IMG/VR virus record: IMGVR_UViG_3300037011_000606
Coordinates: 1-64,000 of that record
Length of the DNA: 64,000 bases
From: a virus
Reading direction: 5' to 3' (one strand)
This document shows, one piece after another, positions 16,506-25,873 of this stretch; positions within the stretch are counted from its first letter, which is position 1, and the number at the start of each line of letters is the position of its first letter. The notes under the pieces were generated by a model that saw nothing but the letters and a program-made list of their open reading frames with translations, was not told the DNA's origin and did not search any database. The position numbers were made by a program, and so were the translations under genes.

Positions 16506-17597
16506 ATGGCAGATGATATAAGTAAGGAAACGAAGAAGCAATTGGACGACCTAGCAAGCAAGTGCTCGAAGAAGCTGGGAATCTCGACTGACACCATCGT
16601 GAAGCACTTCATGGATGACCTCGCAAGGGTCAAGAAGCAGCTTCCAGACCTGGATAAGAAAGTCCAGGAGATGCGTGCATTCGTTACGACCCAGTCTCAC
16701 TACAAGCAGGAGCTCAGGTCACCAGCTGTCTTCTTCGAAGGAGTTGTGCTAGGTGCTTCGGAACCGTTCGATATGGTTGCGAAGCGGAGGAGTGAGGCAA
16801 GGAAGCTGTTCGTCGAAGATCCGAAGAAGGCGATCGTCGAGGGATACACCGATGAGAAGGGTACTCCGCTGGATAGCAAGGAGACCTACGGTGATGGATC
16901 CGCGAATAGGAACTTCGGGAAGCCTCTTCCTGAGACGGATATGCTGCAGAATATCATAGGTATCTGTAGGGAGAAGCCTGGAGCCGCGTTCAGGATGTTC
17001 ATCATGCAGTTTGGTGATAACCTGGCGGGAAAGGTCAATATCCCGATGTTCGTACCCACGAAGTTCCGCGCTAATCCTAAGGCGAAGCAGGGCGATCCTG
17101 ATGAGCTGGCTTTGAACCCGTACAGCAAGATTGAGTTCACACTCTTCAAGGTAGAGGGATTCAATCTGTTGGAAGTTCTGCCGACCATCAAGGGCCTGAA
17201 CAAGATGCACACCGAGCTCGGAGAGATCGAAGCCTTCCATGCAAAGAGAGAGAGTCTCCCGATGCCCAAGAGGCTGATGATCACCGAGGCCGATATACAG
17301 CATATCGCTGGTGAGCCCAACCAGAAGACGGGGAATATAATGATTGTGCTGAGCGACCCGTCCTTGCCTGAGGACTCTGAGGGAATAACCTGCTGGCTAC
17401 CGGAGACGCTCCATCAGCTGATAGACTTCGGAGCTGGTTCTAGGGTTCTCGTTCTGGGAACGACGCAGAAGTCGAATTTCCAGGAGAAGGAGAACCACTT
17501 GATGAACCTCTGGGGGATATATGCTGATCCGAAGCTCAAGATGAGCAAGGATGAAGGCGGCCCTGCGGTCACACGCGGACCGAAGAGCGCAAAGTAA
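16506..17597 (+). CDS. putative OB-fold ssDNA-binding protein (RPA-like)
   Basis: C-terminal IVLSD...ITCW...FGAGSRVLVLG...NLWGIY OB-like pattern; GC3-rich; next to Sak4-like ATPase. Confidence 0.55.
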   Translation: MADDISKETKKQLDDLASKCSKKLGISTDTIVKHFMDDLARVKKQLPDLDKKVQEMRAFVTTQSHYKQELRSPAVFFEGVVLGASEPFDMVAKRRSEARKLFVEDPKKAIVEGYTDEKGTPLDSKETYGDGSANRNFGKPLPETDMLQNIIGICREKPGAAFRMFIMQFGDNLAGKVNIPMFVPTKFRANPKAKQGDPDELALNPYSKIEFTLFKVEGFNLLEVLPTIKGLNKMHTELGEIEAFHAKRESLPMPKRLMITEADIQHIAGEPNQKTGNIMIVLSDPSLPEDSEGITCWLPETLHQLIDFGAGSRVLVLGTTQKSNFQEKENHLMNLWGIYADPKLKMSKDEGGPAVTRGPKSAK

Positions 17598-17605
17598 AGT
17601 GTTTA

Positions 17606-17639
17606 AGAGAGGGGTGAAAGCCCCTCTCTATAGTTTTTT
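17606..17639 (+). terminator. hairpin plus T-tract
   Basis: agagagggg-tgaaag-cccctctct followed by tttttt. Confidence 0.7.
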
Positions 17640-17664
17640 GATTTAACTATAGGAGGTGAAATCG

Positions 17665-18564
17665 ATGGTTGGTTGGGGTAAGGAAGTTACTGACGAGGAT
17701 AAAGAAGCAAAGCCACAGGTATTTACGGATGCTGACGTTAAAGGCTGGTTTGACGAAAAGAAGCCCGGCGCTTCTTCTATATGTATGGCTTTTTATGGAT
17801 TTGATGGTGTGTGCAAGACTGGAGTTGCTATGGATTGTTATGCAAAGAACAAAAATGGTACTCCGGTGGAACCTGAGAAGTCTATCGTGATATTTGATAT
17901 GGATGGATCCGCGGATCCAATAAGGAATGCTTATCATCCACTTCACCCGAAGATGATTGTATTTGATCCGATAGAAATTGGGCCGAACAATGAGATTGAT
18001 TATGTAACGTCGTATAATAAGGTATTGAGCGCAGTTAAGTATCTTGTACAGCATGAGAAGGAAATGAATCTCCACGCAGTTATATTCGATGGTCTGGATC
18101 TTTTGCTGAAGTGCTGCGAGTATGTGATGAGGTTTGAAGATCTGAAGATGGACCCCGATACTCAAATGAAAGATTCCTGGCAATGGGCAAGGAGAAATCG
18201 TAGGTATTTGACTCCTGTACTCAATCTCAAGCGGTTGAAGTGTGCGAAGTTCTTTACGACGCACTTCAAAGAGTTGAAGGAGTGGAAAGCAGAACAATCA
18301 GGCGGACAGTCGAGAAGAGTATTGTCTACTAGAGAGATAATACCTGATTGGGAGAAGAGTACTCCTGGGATTATGTACCAGAAGGTTTTGTTAGAAAGAG
18401 TAGAGGTAGAGGGTGTGACTACCTTTGAGGCAACTGTACAAAAGGCCAAGGGCAAGCTAGAATTGGAAGGTAGAAAGTATACTTTGGCAAAGGTACAGGG
18501 CGGTAGGACTGAGTGGACGGGGTTGTCTGCTCTATACAAAGAGCTTGGACTTATCAAGGAGTGA
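17665..18564 (+). CDS. AAA_24/Sak4-like ATPase (recombination/annealing)
   Basis: FYGFDGVCKT Walker A; IFDMDG; AVIFDGLD Walker B; FTTH. Confidence 0.7.
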   Translation: MVGWGKEVTDEDKEAKPQVFTDADVKGWFDEKKPGASSICMAFYGFDGVCKTGVAMDCYAKNKNGTPVEPEKSIVIFDMDGSADPIRNAYHPLHPKMIVFDPIEIGPNNEIDYVTSYNKVLSAVKYLVQHEKEMNLHAVIFDGLDLLLKCCEYVMRFEDLKMDPDTQMKDSWQWARRNRRYLTPVLNLKRLKCAKFFTTHFKELKEWKAEQSGGQSRRVLSTREIIPDWEKSTPGIMYQKVLLERVEVEGVTTFEATVQKAKGKLELEGRKYTLAKVQGGRTEWTGLSALYKELGLIKE

Positions 18565-18568
18565 TTCC

Positions 18569-19330
18569 ATGCTTTATTATTGTATAGCGCCTATACGCTA
18601 CTTAGACATGGTGGTAGATGAGCCTCGCCACTTAGTTATAGCCCAGCATCTTAAGAACAACCCTAAGGTGTTGGAGTTTTTTATTAGGCAGAGAGAACGA
18701 GGGCATGAAATTATTCTCGACAATGGAGCTTATGAGTTCGGCGAACCGATGAAGATGTCAACCTACTTCTCTTTGATAGAGGCCCTCAAACCACAGATCG
18801 TCGTATCACCTGACTCCTGGAAGAATACCAATGTGACCATTGATCTGGTGAAGGAATTCTCCGACAGGAAGGCAGCTGCTGGATATAGTAAGAGTGAAGA
18901 GGATCATGGAGAGTATACTTTCACCTCGATGTATGTTCCGCAGGGGCAAAATCTCCATGAGTATATTAGATGTTGCATGGTAACGAGTATAGATTCTGGA
19001 GTAGATAGTATAATGGGCGTGTCTGTTGGAACTTGGAAAGATGCAACAGGGATTGTTAGACCGTTCATTGTTAGGAATTTGGGAGGAGGACACATATTCC
19101 ACTTGTTAGGATTGTGGAATATGGCAGAACTTCTTAAGCATAAGGTTAATGGAGCTTTCCCCAGGAATTTGAGAAGCATTGATACCAGTTGGCCTTTTAA
19201 AATGGCCGTAGACCCAGCGAACCCGACAGCTAAAATGGACTTCGAAATGAATATGACTGTTGAACAGGAAAATGCGGCAAAGATAAACCTTAAGGAACTA
19301 AGGAGATTTATTGAGAATGAACACCTATAG
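18569..19330 (+). CDS. TGT-fold guanine transglycosylase, DpdA-like (7-deazaguanine DNA insertion)
   Basis: ILDNGAYE, SPD, VPQG, FHLLG and RSIDTS motifs of the TGT barrel; adjacent to polB; que genes downstream. Confidence 0.7.
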   Translation: MLYYCIAPIRYLDMVVDEPRHLVIAQHLKNNPKVLEFFIRQRERGHEIILDNGAYEFGEPMKMSTYFSLIEALKPQIVVSPDSWKNTNVTIDLVKEFSDRKAAAGYSKSEEDHGEYTFTSMYVPQGQNLHEYIRCCMVTSIDSGVDSIMGVSVGTWKDATGIVRPFIVRNLGGGHIFHLLGLWNMAELLKHKVNGAFPRNLRSIDTSWPFKMAVDPANPTAKMDFEMNMTVEQENAAKINLKELRRFIENEHL

Positions 19331-21671
19331 ATTAGTTGCGGCGGACTACAAGGTCCAAGATGGCAGACCATATGTCTGGCTATTTGGTAGAGATTCCTTA
19401 GGTAATAAGGAAGTGTTCTCTATAGCTCATACTCCCTATGCTTATGTGCCACAGGAGGAAGCTAATAGTGACTATCCTCCGGTGAAGGCGATTGATGGTA
19501 GGATGGTTAAGAGAGTCGATACTCGCTTACCCAATGAGATAGCAGAGTTTGAGAAGAAGTACACGAGAGTGTATGAGGATAAGGTACTCTTCCCAATGAG
19601 GTTTTTAGTCGATAGGGGGATTAGATATGCGTTCACGATGGATGGCGGAGTTATAAGGGCCGCCACAGAGGAAGAAGAGAGAGAGGTAGAGAATGTTAAA
19701 TTGGTTACTGCTTACGTAGATACTGAGAGTGAGATTGTATTTAATGAGACTGAGAAGACTTGGTCGACGATACAAGACGTACAGAAAGGGAAGAATCTCA
19801 CATTATGTGTGACTACGGCTTTCTCAAATGATAAACAGTTGATTACCTATGAGGCAAGTGATGAGAGACAAGAGAAGGTTATGTGGAAGTATTGGATTGA
19901 TTTAATGGTGAAGAGAGATCCAGATATTATCGCTGGGTGGAATATAGCTGGACACGATCTCCGTGTATTCTATGAGAGGTGTTTAAGATTAAAGCTCAAC
20001 CCGAATATGTTGTCGCCCATGGGTTATATGTCATTAAGGGAGCATAAGGGAGCGATTGAAGGGAGAGTTAATGGAATTAACACCTTTGAAATGAGAGATG
20101 CATTTAAGAAGTTCTTCCAAGGAAGAACGTTTGATTCCTACGCATTAAAACCTGTAGCCGCTGATAAGCAGCTCTTCGGAGAGTTTGCTATAGAGGAAGA
20201 GGATTTCAAAGATTTGAATGTTCCGCACATAGAAGAAGTGGTTAAGTATAATAGAAGAGATGTTCAGAGGTTAATTAATATTGAAGAAGTGTTACATCTC
20301 ACTGACCAGTTTGACGGTATATCGAAGGTAGCTGGGTGTTTACTATCAGAGACTATAGATACAAGCAAATACTCAGATGCACTGTTTATGAGAGAGTTTC
20401 ATGATAAGTTCGTTCTGGGTACTAAGCAATATCATAAGAGAGAGAAGTATCAGGGCGCGATGGTATTAACACCACAGAGAGGAATATATGAGAATGTGGT
20501 CGCGCTAGACTTTTCAGGTATGTATCCTACGATAATCATGTCTTATAATATGAGTCCCGAGACATTGGTCATCGGAACAGCAAACGAAGCAGATATACAT
20601 AATATTGGGGGAGTGTATTTTAGAAAGAAGCCCTTTGGCATTGTACCCAATAGTATCAGGCGCATGATGACTTTCAGAAAGAGTATTAAGAAACAGATGA
20701 AGGGTTATGAAGTGGGGACTTTAGCTTATAAGGTACTGGACTATAGGCAATATGGTATTAAGCAGATGATAGCTGCGATGTATGGTTATTTCGCATTTCC
20801 CATGGGAAGGATGTACTATCCGCAAATCTCAAGCTCAGTTACCTTCTGTGGAAGGAAGAATATCATGAGCTGTGTAAACTTTATACAGGGGTTAGGATAT
20901 AAGGTACTATATGGTGATACTGACTCAATGCTCATTCAAGTAGATGACATCAGTAAGGGAGAAGAGCTAGAGAGTAAGGTCAACGGATTCCTAGTAGAGC
21001 TTGCTCAAAGAGAAGGGTTAACTGAACCACCAACCATTGAATATGAGATTGGTTATAAGAGACTGTTACTTGGTAAGAAGAAGAGATATGCTGGGTTGTG
21101 TACTCATTATAAGGGAAGGGAGTCTGACCTGGTTATCATTAAGGGATTTGAAGCAAAGAGATCGGACTCAGCGAAATTCTCAAGGAATTTGCAAACCGGA
21201 ATTCTAGGCAAAATTCTCCGAGGAGCTGAAGATAAGGAAATTTGTGAAGATGTTAAGAAGGTTTGGAAGGAGTTTAATATTAATGACTATCCATGGTGGG
21301 AGTTAGGCATACCACACAAGTTATCGAGAGCTCCGGAATTCTATCCTCATGCAGGTGCCGGATACCTAGCTGAAATCTACGCGAATACCTTCTTGGGAAA
21401 GAAGTTCGTAGAGGGAACTAGGCCGTTCATCTATTGGATAAGGAGAGTATTAGATGGGCTTCCTCCTAGAATATATCATAATGGGAAGTGGAAACCGTTA
21501 GAGAGGATAGCTTTGGATACTGAAGAAGATTTCAGAAAGTGGGTACCATATATAGATTGGAGTATGCAAAAACACAAGATAATAGAGAGAAAGTTAGAAC
21601 TTATCCTAAGTGCCTGGGGTAAGTCTCTAGGTGAGATAGTGAGTGATCAGAAGCAACAGACGTTATTCTAA
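19311..21671 (+). CDS. polB: family B DNA polymerase with 3'-5' exonuclease
   Basis: ExoI VDTE, ExoII WNIAGHD, ExoIII YNRRDV; DFSGMYP; KQMIAAMYG; YGDTDS; KKRY; KGFE. Confidence 0.97.
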   Translation: MRMNTYRLVAADYKVQDGRPYVWLFGRDSLGNKEVFSIAHTPYAYVPQEEANSDYPPVKAIDGRMVKRVDTRLPNEIAEFEKKYTRVYEDKVLFPMRFLVDRGIRYAFTMDGGVIRAATEEEEREVENVKLVTAYVDTESEIVFNETEKTWSTIQDVQKGKNLTLCVTTAFSNDKQLITYEASDERQEKVMWKYWIDLMVKRDPDIIAGWNIAGHDLRVFYERCLRLKLNPNMLSPMGYMSLREHKGAIEGRVNGINTFEMRDAFKKFFQGRTFDSYALKPVAADKQLFGEFAIEEEDFKDLNVPHIEEVVKYNRRDVQRLINIEEVLHLTDQFDGISKVAGCLLSETIDTSKYSDALFMREFHDKFVLGTKQYHKREKYQGAMVLTPQRGIYENVVALDFSGMYPTIIMSYNMSPETLVIGTANEADIHNIGGVYFRKKPFGIVPNSIRRMMTFRKSIKKQMKGYEVGTLAYKVLDYRQYGIKQMIAAMYGYFAFPMGRMYYPQISSSVTFCGRKNIMSCVNFIQGLGYKVLYGDTDSMLIQVDDISKGEELESKVNGFLVELAQREGLTEPPTIEYEIGYKRLLLGKKKRYAGLCTHYKGRESDLVIIKGFEAKRSDSAKFSRNLQTGILGKILRGAEDKEICEDVKKVWKEFNINDYPWWELGIPHKLSRAPEFYPHAGAGYLAEIYANTFLGKKFVEGTRPFIYWIRRVLDGLPPRIYHNGKWKPLERIALDTEEDFRKWVPYIDWSMQKHKIIERKLELILSAWGKSLGEIVSDQKQQTLF

Positions 21672-21682
21672 GGAGGTATACG

Positions 21683-22186
21683 ATGCAGAAGGAAAAGTCG
21701 GTACAGATGCCATTGGAAGAGCATATTGTCTATGATAAGGATATGTTGTCTGATATGTTCATGAGAAATAAGAAATTTACGGACTTTGCCAGGGAACATA
21801 GTCCAAGGGGATTAGGTTTACCAGAGAGTGCAATAAAGACGTCTAATATCATTGGCAGTGGATATAAGCAACCGATGATCGAAGAAATACGTTCGATGAG
21901 GGTAGCTTTAGCCATGATGGACGAGTTATCAGAGTATATAACTCAGCTACCGTTTAAGTGGTGGGGGAGGGGCGCCCAAGAAGTAGATAAGAAGAAAGCG
22001 TTGGAGGAGCTCATTGACCTGTTGCACTTCTTCTTCGTGGCAGTGGATGATCTTGGATTTAATGCAAAGGATATATACGATATGTATGTGTTGAAGAACA
22101 ATCATAATTGGAAGAGGTTCACGGATAAGATAGGCTGGGGAAAGACTAGATTAGAACATGATGATCATCCAGAGGTATTGAAATGA
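21683..22186 (+). CDS. all-alpha (dimeric dUTPase/MazG-like) NTP pyrophosphatase
   Basis: DELSE...FKWW...EELIDLLHF...YVLKNNHNWKR. Confidence 0.85.
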   Translation: MQKEKSVQMPLEEHIVYDKDMLSDMFMRNKKFTDFAREHSPRGLGLPESAIKTSNIIGSGYKQPMIEEIRSMRVALAMMDELSEYITQLPFKWWGRGAQEVDKKKALEELIDLLHFFFVAVDDLGFNAKDIYDMYVLKNNHNWKRFTDKIGWGKTRLEHDDHPEVLK

Positions 22187-22395
22187 TATATGTGATATCT
22201 GGTAATTATGCACAGTTTCTCAAGTTCTGTAGTGAAAGAAATATATCTTCTAGGGATGCTATCTATATTGATAGTGCCTATAAGCTCAAAGGAAAAATTA
22301 TAACGAAGGATGATGAAGTGGTATACTATGGAACTTGGAGTGAACGTAAGGATATAGATTTAATACAACGCGAATTGAGGATAGTGACAAGATGA
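22183..22395 (+). CDS. hypothetical protein
   Basis: ATGA overlaps at both ends. Confidence 0.6.
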   Translation: MIYVISGNYAQFLKFCSERNISSRDAIYIDSAYKLKGKIITKDDEVVYYGTWSERKDIDLIQRELRIVTR

Positions 22396-24503
22396 ATGAC
22401 TTTTCTATGAGTGTATTAAGAGAGCGATGCTTTATTCGCAATGAGAAAGGGGAGACGACTGAAAATGTTGAACAGATGTTTAGAAGAGTAGCGAAAGCAG
22501 TAGCAGCAGCAGAAAAAGTACAGTTGAGACAAAAGTGGGAGGAGGAGTTCTACAAAGTAATGATAGCGATGGATTTCCTCCCTGGAAGTCCAACTTTGGT
22601 TAACGCTGGTAGAAAGAACCAAATGTTAAGCAGTTGCTTCGTAGTTCCTATCGAAGATTCTATGGAGGGGATCTTTGGGAAATTGACTGAAGCGGCTACT
22701 ATCCAGAAGATGGGTGGTGGAACCGGTTTCTCGTTCTCTAAACTTCGACCCAAAGGTGATGTGGTCAGTTCGACGATGGGTGTGGCAAGTGGTCCGGTGT
22801 CTTTCCTTTCAGCCTTCGACGGTGTATCTGAAGCTATAAAGCAAGGTGGTGTTCGCAGAGGAGCCAATATGGGGATTTTGAAAGTAGATCACCCAGACAT
22901 AGTGGAATTTATAACTTGCAAGGATAAGGAGGGAGTATTGGCTAACTTTAATCTGAGCGTCGCTCTAACGGACGAATTTATGGAGTTAGTGATGAGGGAT
23001 GGTGGAGTACTATCACTAATCAATCCTAGAAATAAGATACGGCAATCAACGATCGAAGCTCGCCGACTGTTTGAGATGATAGCTGATCAGATGTGGAAGA
23101 ATGGAGAGCCAGGAGTTATCTTCATAGATACGATTAATAAGAAGCATACCATCAATGCAGAGATAGAATCAACAAACCCTTGTGGAGAACAGCCATTATT
23201 GCCCTATGAATCTTGTAACTTAGGTTCGATTAACCTGGCGAATATGGTAGAGAAGGGAGTTTTCTCTGAAGAGAAGCTGATAGGTGTAGTTCAGGTGGCT
23301 ATTAGATTCTTGGATAATGTTATTGATGTGAATCACTATCCGTTGGAGAAGATTAAAGTAGCTACTTTAGCTAATAGGAAGATAGGTATGGGTGTTATGG
23401 GTTGGCATGACTTCCTAATCAAGATAGGTGTGCCTTATGATTCAGACCAAGCTATAGAATACATACATAAGGTAATGGATATCATAAGAGAGACTGCAGT
23501 AGAGACCTCAGTTGAATTAGCTGAAGAGAAGGGTGTCTTCCCTAATGTCAAGAATAGTATCTATGCGAATGTAACTCATCCACCGAGAAATGCTGAAAGG
23601 ATAACCATAGCTCCGACGGGAACGATATCCTCCATAGCTGGATGCTCAAGCGGAATAGAACCACATTTCGCATTAGCATATAAGAGAAGGGTGTTAGATT
23701 CGGAATTTGATATAACAGTAGAGTCATTAGAAGATATGATGAAGAGATATGAGTTCACTTGGAGCGATGTGATTAAGAATAATGGAACTCTTCATGGTAT
23801 TGGAGTCCCACCCGATATTCGAAGGATCTATCAAACATCATTAGAGATATCTCCTCACTGGCATATTATGCACCAGGTTATCTTCCAAAGATATACAGAC
23901 GCGGCAGTAAGCAAAACGATCAATGTACCCAATAGGACGACCAAAGAGGAAATAGCTAAGGTGGTGTTGGGAGCTTGGAAGGAAGGTTGCAAGGGTCTAA
24001 CAATCTATAGAGATGGCAGCCGAGCCGAGCAAGTATTATCCACAGGTTCTAAGAAACTCCTCCCAGCAAATAGGCCCGAGGTTATAGATTGTAAGGCAAT
24101 TAAAATCAAAACTGGTTGTGGCAGTATGTACACCACCGTTGGGATGATAGAAGGGAGAGTATATGAGGTATTAACATCGGTAGGAAAAGCTGGTGGGTGT
24201 ACCAATGCGATGATGGAAGCGGTATGTAGATTAATCTCAGTTAGTTTAAGGAAAGGGGTATCGGTCGATGAGATAATCGACCAGTTGGAAGGGATTAGAT
24301 GTCCGCATCCAACACCTGTGCTGCCGGGAGGAAAGGGTGTGTTAAGCTGTCCTGATGGTATAGTAAAAGCTATTAAGACACAGTTGTCAGAGAGCCATGT
24401 CTCTAAACATGAGATGTTTAGTCCGTGTCCTAGATGTGGAGAGAAGATCATTAACTCAGAAGGTTGCGAAAAATGTTCGGTGTGTACTTGGACGAGGTGT
24501 TAA
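22392..24503 (+). CDS. nrdJ: class II (B12-dependent) ribonucleotide reductase with TSCPD/Zn-ribbon C-terminus
   Basis: PGSPTLVNAG, LSSCFV, RRGANM, NPCGEQPL, TIAPTGTIS, KGLTIYRDGSR. Confidence 0.96.
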   Translation: MNDFSMSVLRERCFIRNEKGETTENVEQMFRRVAKAVAAAEKVQLRQKWEEEFYKVMIAMDFLPGSPTLVNAGRKNQMLSSCFVVPIEDSMEGIFGKLTEAATIQKMGGGTGFSFSKLRPKGDVVSSTMGVASGPVSFLSAFDGVSEAIKQGGVRRGANMGILKVDHPDIVEFITCKDKEGVLANFNLSVALTDEFMELVMRDGGVLSLINPRNKIRQSTIEARRLFEMIADQMWKNGEPGVIFIDTINKKHTINAEIESTNPCGEQPLLPYESCNLGSINLANMVEKGVFSEEKLIGVVQVAIRFLDNVIDVNHYPLEKIKVATLANRKIGMGVMGWHDFLIKIGVPYDSDQAIEYIHKVMDIIRETAVETSVELAEEKGVFPNVKNSIYANVTHPPRNAERITIAPTGTISSIAGCSSGIEPHFALAYKRRVLDSEFDITVESLEDMMKRYEFTWSDVIKNNGTLHGIGVPPDIRRIYQTSLEISPHWHIMHQVIFQRYTDAAVSKTINVPNRTTKEEIAKVVLGAWKEGCKGLTIYRDGSRAEQVLSTGSKKLLPANRPEVIDCKAIKIKTGCGSMYTTVGMIEGRVYEVLTSVGKAGGCTNAMMEAVCRLISVSLRKGVSVDEIIDQLEGIRCPHPTPVLPGGKGVLSCPDGIVKAIKTQLSESHVSKHEMFSPCPRCGEKIINSEGCEKCSVCTWTRC

Positions 24504-24504
24504 G

Positions 24505-24663
24505 ATGGAACAAAGTTTAGTGTTGCATATATGGAAGTGTAAGAGATGTGAGTACTGGGTTCCGACCAATAATAAAGGCAGACCTGAACCAGCAATGGAC
24601 TGTCCTGTTTGTAAAGGCAAATTTGAACATAAGTCAATTAGAGTGGATAATCAGGGGGTGTAA
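24505..24663 (+). CDS. small Zn-ribbon protein
   Basis: WKCKRC...CPVCKG. Confidence 0.55.
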   Translation: MEQSLVLHIWKCKRCEYWVPTNNKGRPEPAMDCPVCKGKFEHKSIRVDNQGV

Positions 24664-24665
24664 GA

Positions 24666-24821
24666 ATGCCTGATCTGCCGAAGAGACCCGATGTACAACC
24701 TGGCGACACAATCATAATGCAGGTGGTTAAGATGTCATTGGGAGGGGATGGAAAAACGTATGTTACCCTAGCCAACCCTGACGTCTTTGTTAACACCGCA
24801 ACGGTGATGTTGAAGAGGTGA
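24666..24821 (+). CDS. hypothetical protein (51 aa)
   Basis: fills the gap; MPDLPKRPDVQPGDTIIMQVVK. Confidence 0.45.
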   Translation: MPDLPKRPDVQPGDTIIMQVVKMSLGGDGKTYVTLANPDVFVNTATVMLKR

Positions 24822-24825
24822 TAGG

Positions 24826-25500
24826 ATGAAGCTGCACGCCGTCAATAATCTAGAAGAAGGGTTAATATGGATGAAGAGTAAGATAGATGAGTTCTTGCCT
24901 AAGGAGCTTGATGACAATTTGAATGAATCTGTTAAGTTCTTTATGGAGAGGTATTGGAAGGATTTGGCCCCATTGCCGGCGAGCTCAACGGGAAGGTATC
25001 ATCACTCAACGGAGAATGTTAAGCCGTTTGGATTAATAAACCATACTCTAAGAGTTGTGTGGTTTACGAAAGAGATAGGCATTGAAGAGACGGGGTATCC
25101 TGCAGGATATGATAAGTGGAAGGGAATTAAGAAGATAAGAGAAGCCATAGCTGCCGCTTTCCTGCACGACTTTGGAAAAGTGGAATCTTTTAAGGCGGAT
25201 CATGGTAAGGAGTCAGCTAGGATGGTGTCTAGTACATCTATCTATGGTATTAGCCCAAGTAAAGAGCAATTGGAGGAGTTTAATGATATTGCACTATCGC
25301 CAGAGGTTTGCAATATGATCAGACGACATATGCACAACTGGTCGTTTATACATTGCGTAGAGATGTGGGATAGAATAGTAGCATATGCAGATTATCTGGC
25401 AAGCAGGCCAACAGTACATCTGTCAGATGTAACTTATTTGGTGATGGAGGGACAACAAAATGTTTTCAGACCCACTGGAACCACGAGCAATAATCAATGA
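24826..25500 (+). CDS. HD-domain phosphohydrolase
   Basis: YHH...GLINHTLRV...FLHDFGK...RHMH...YADYLAS. Confidence 0.88.
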   Translation: MKLHAVNNLEEGLIWMKSKIDEFLPKELDDNLNESVKFFMERYWKDLAPLPASSTGRYHHSTENVKPFGLINHTLRVVWFTKEIGIEETGYPAGYDKWKGIKKIREAIAAAFLHDFGKVESFKADHGKESARMVSSTSIYGISPSKEQLEEFNDIALSPEVCNMIRRHMHNWSFIHCVEMWDRIVAYADYLASRPTVHLSDVTYLVMEGQQNVFRPTGTTSNNQ

Positions 25501-25873
25501 TATAATAAGAAAGAGCCTACGTTCGATGAGGTTCGAGGAACGTATAGCCTATGGGCTCGCCAACTGTATCGAAGGTAAGATATGGGAGGAGTTTCTTAGT
25601 AATAAGAAGGTGGGTAATATAGAATTGGATTTCAGACTCATCTTCGAGGATGTTAGTAGAGAGGGGGAGAAGAGAGAGTTTAATGTAGTGATTAAGAGTT
25701 TAGTGAATGGAAAAGAAGTCAGCGAATCTATGGTGAGGGAAGCTATGAAAATGATAGAGGAGTCTGAACCTAGAGTTACTCCCGCTGACTATTGCTCATG
25801 CGAACCACACTTCTTTGATAGTGATAAGGAACATTGCGTATATTGCGGGAAGGTGATTAAGAATGCCGGATAG
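25460..25873 (+). CDS. hypothetical protein, C-terminal Zn finger
   Basis: CSC...CVYCG; GGAGG RBS. Confidence 0.6.
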   Translation: MFSDPLEPRAIINDIIRKSLRSMRFEERIAYGLANCIEGKIWEEFLSNKKVGNIELDFRLIFEDVSREGEKREFNVVIKSLVNGKEVSESMVREAMKMIEESEPRVTPADYCSCEPHFFDSDKEHCVYCGKVIKNAG

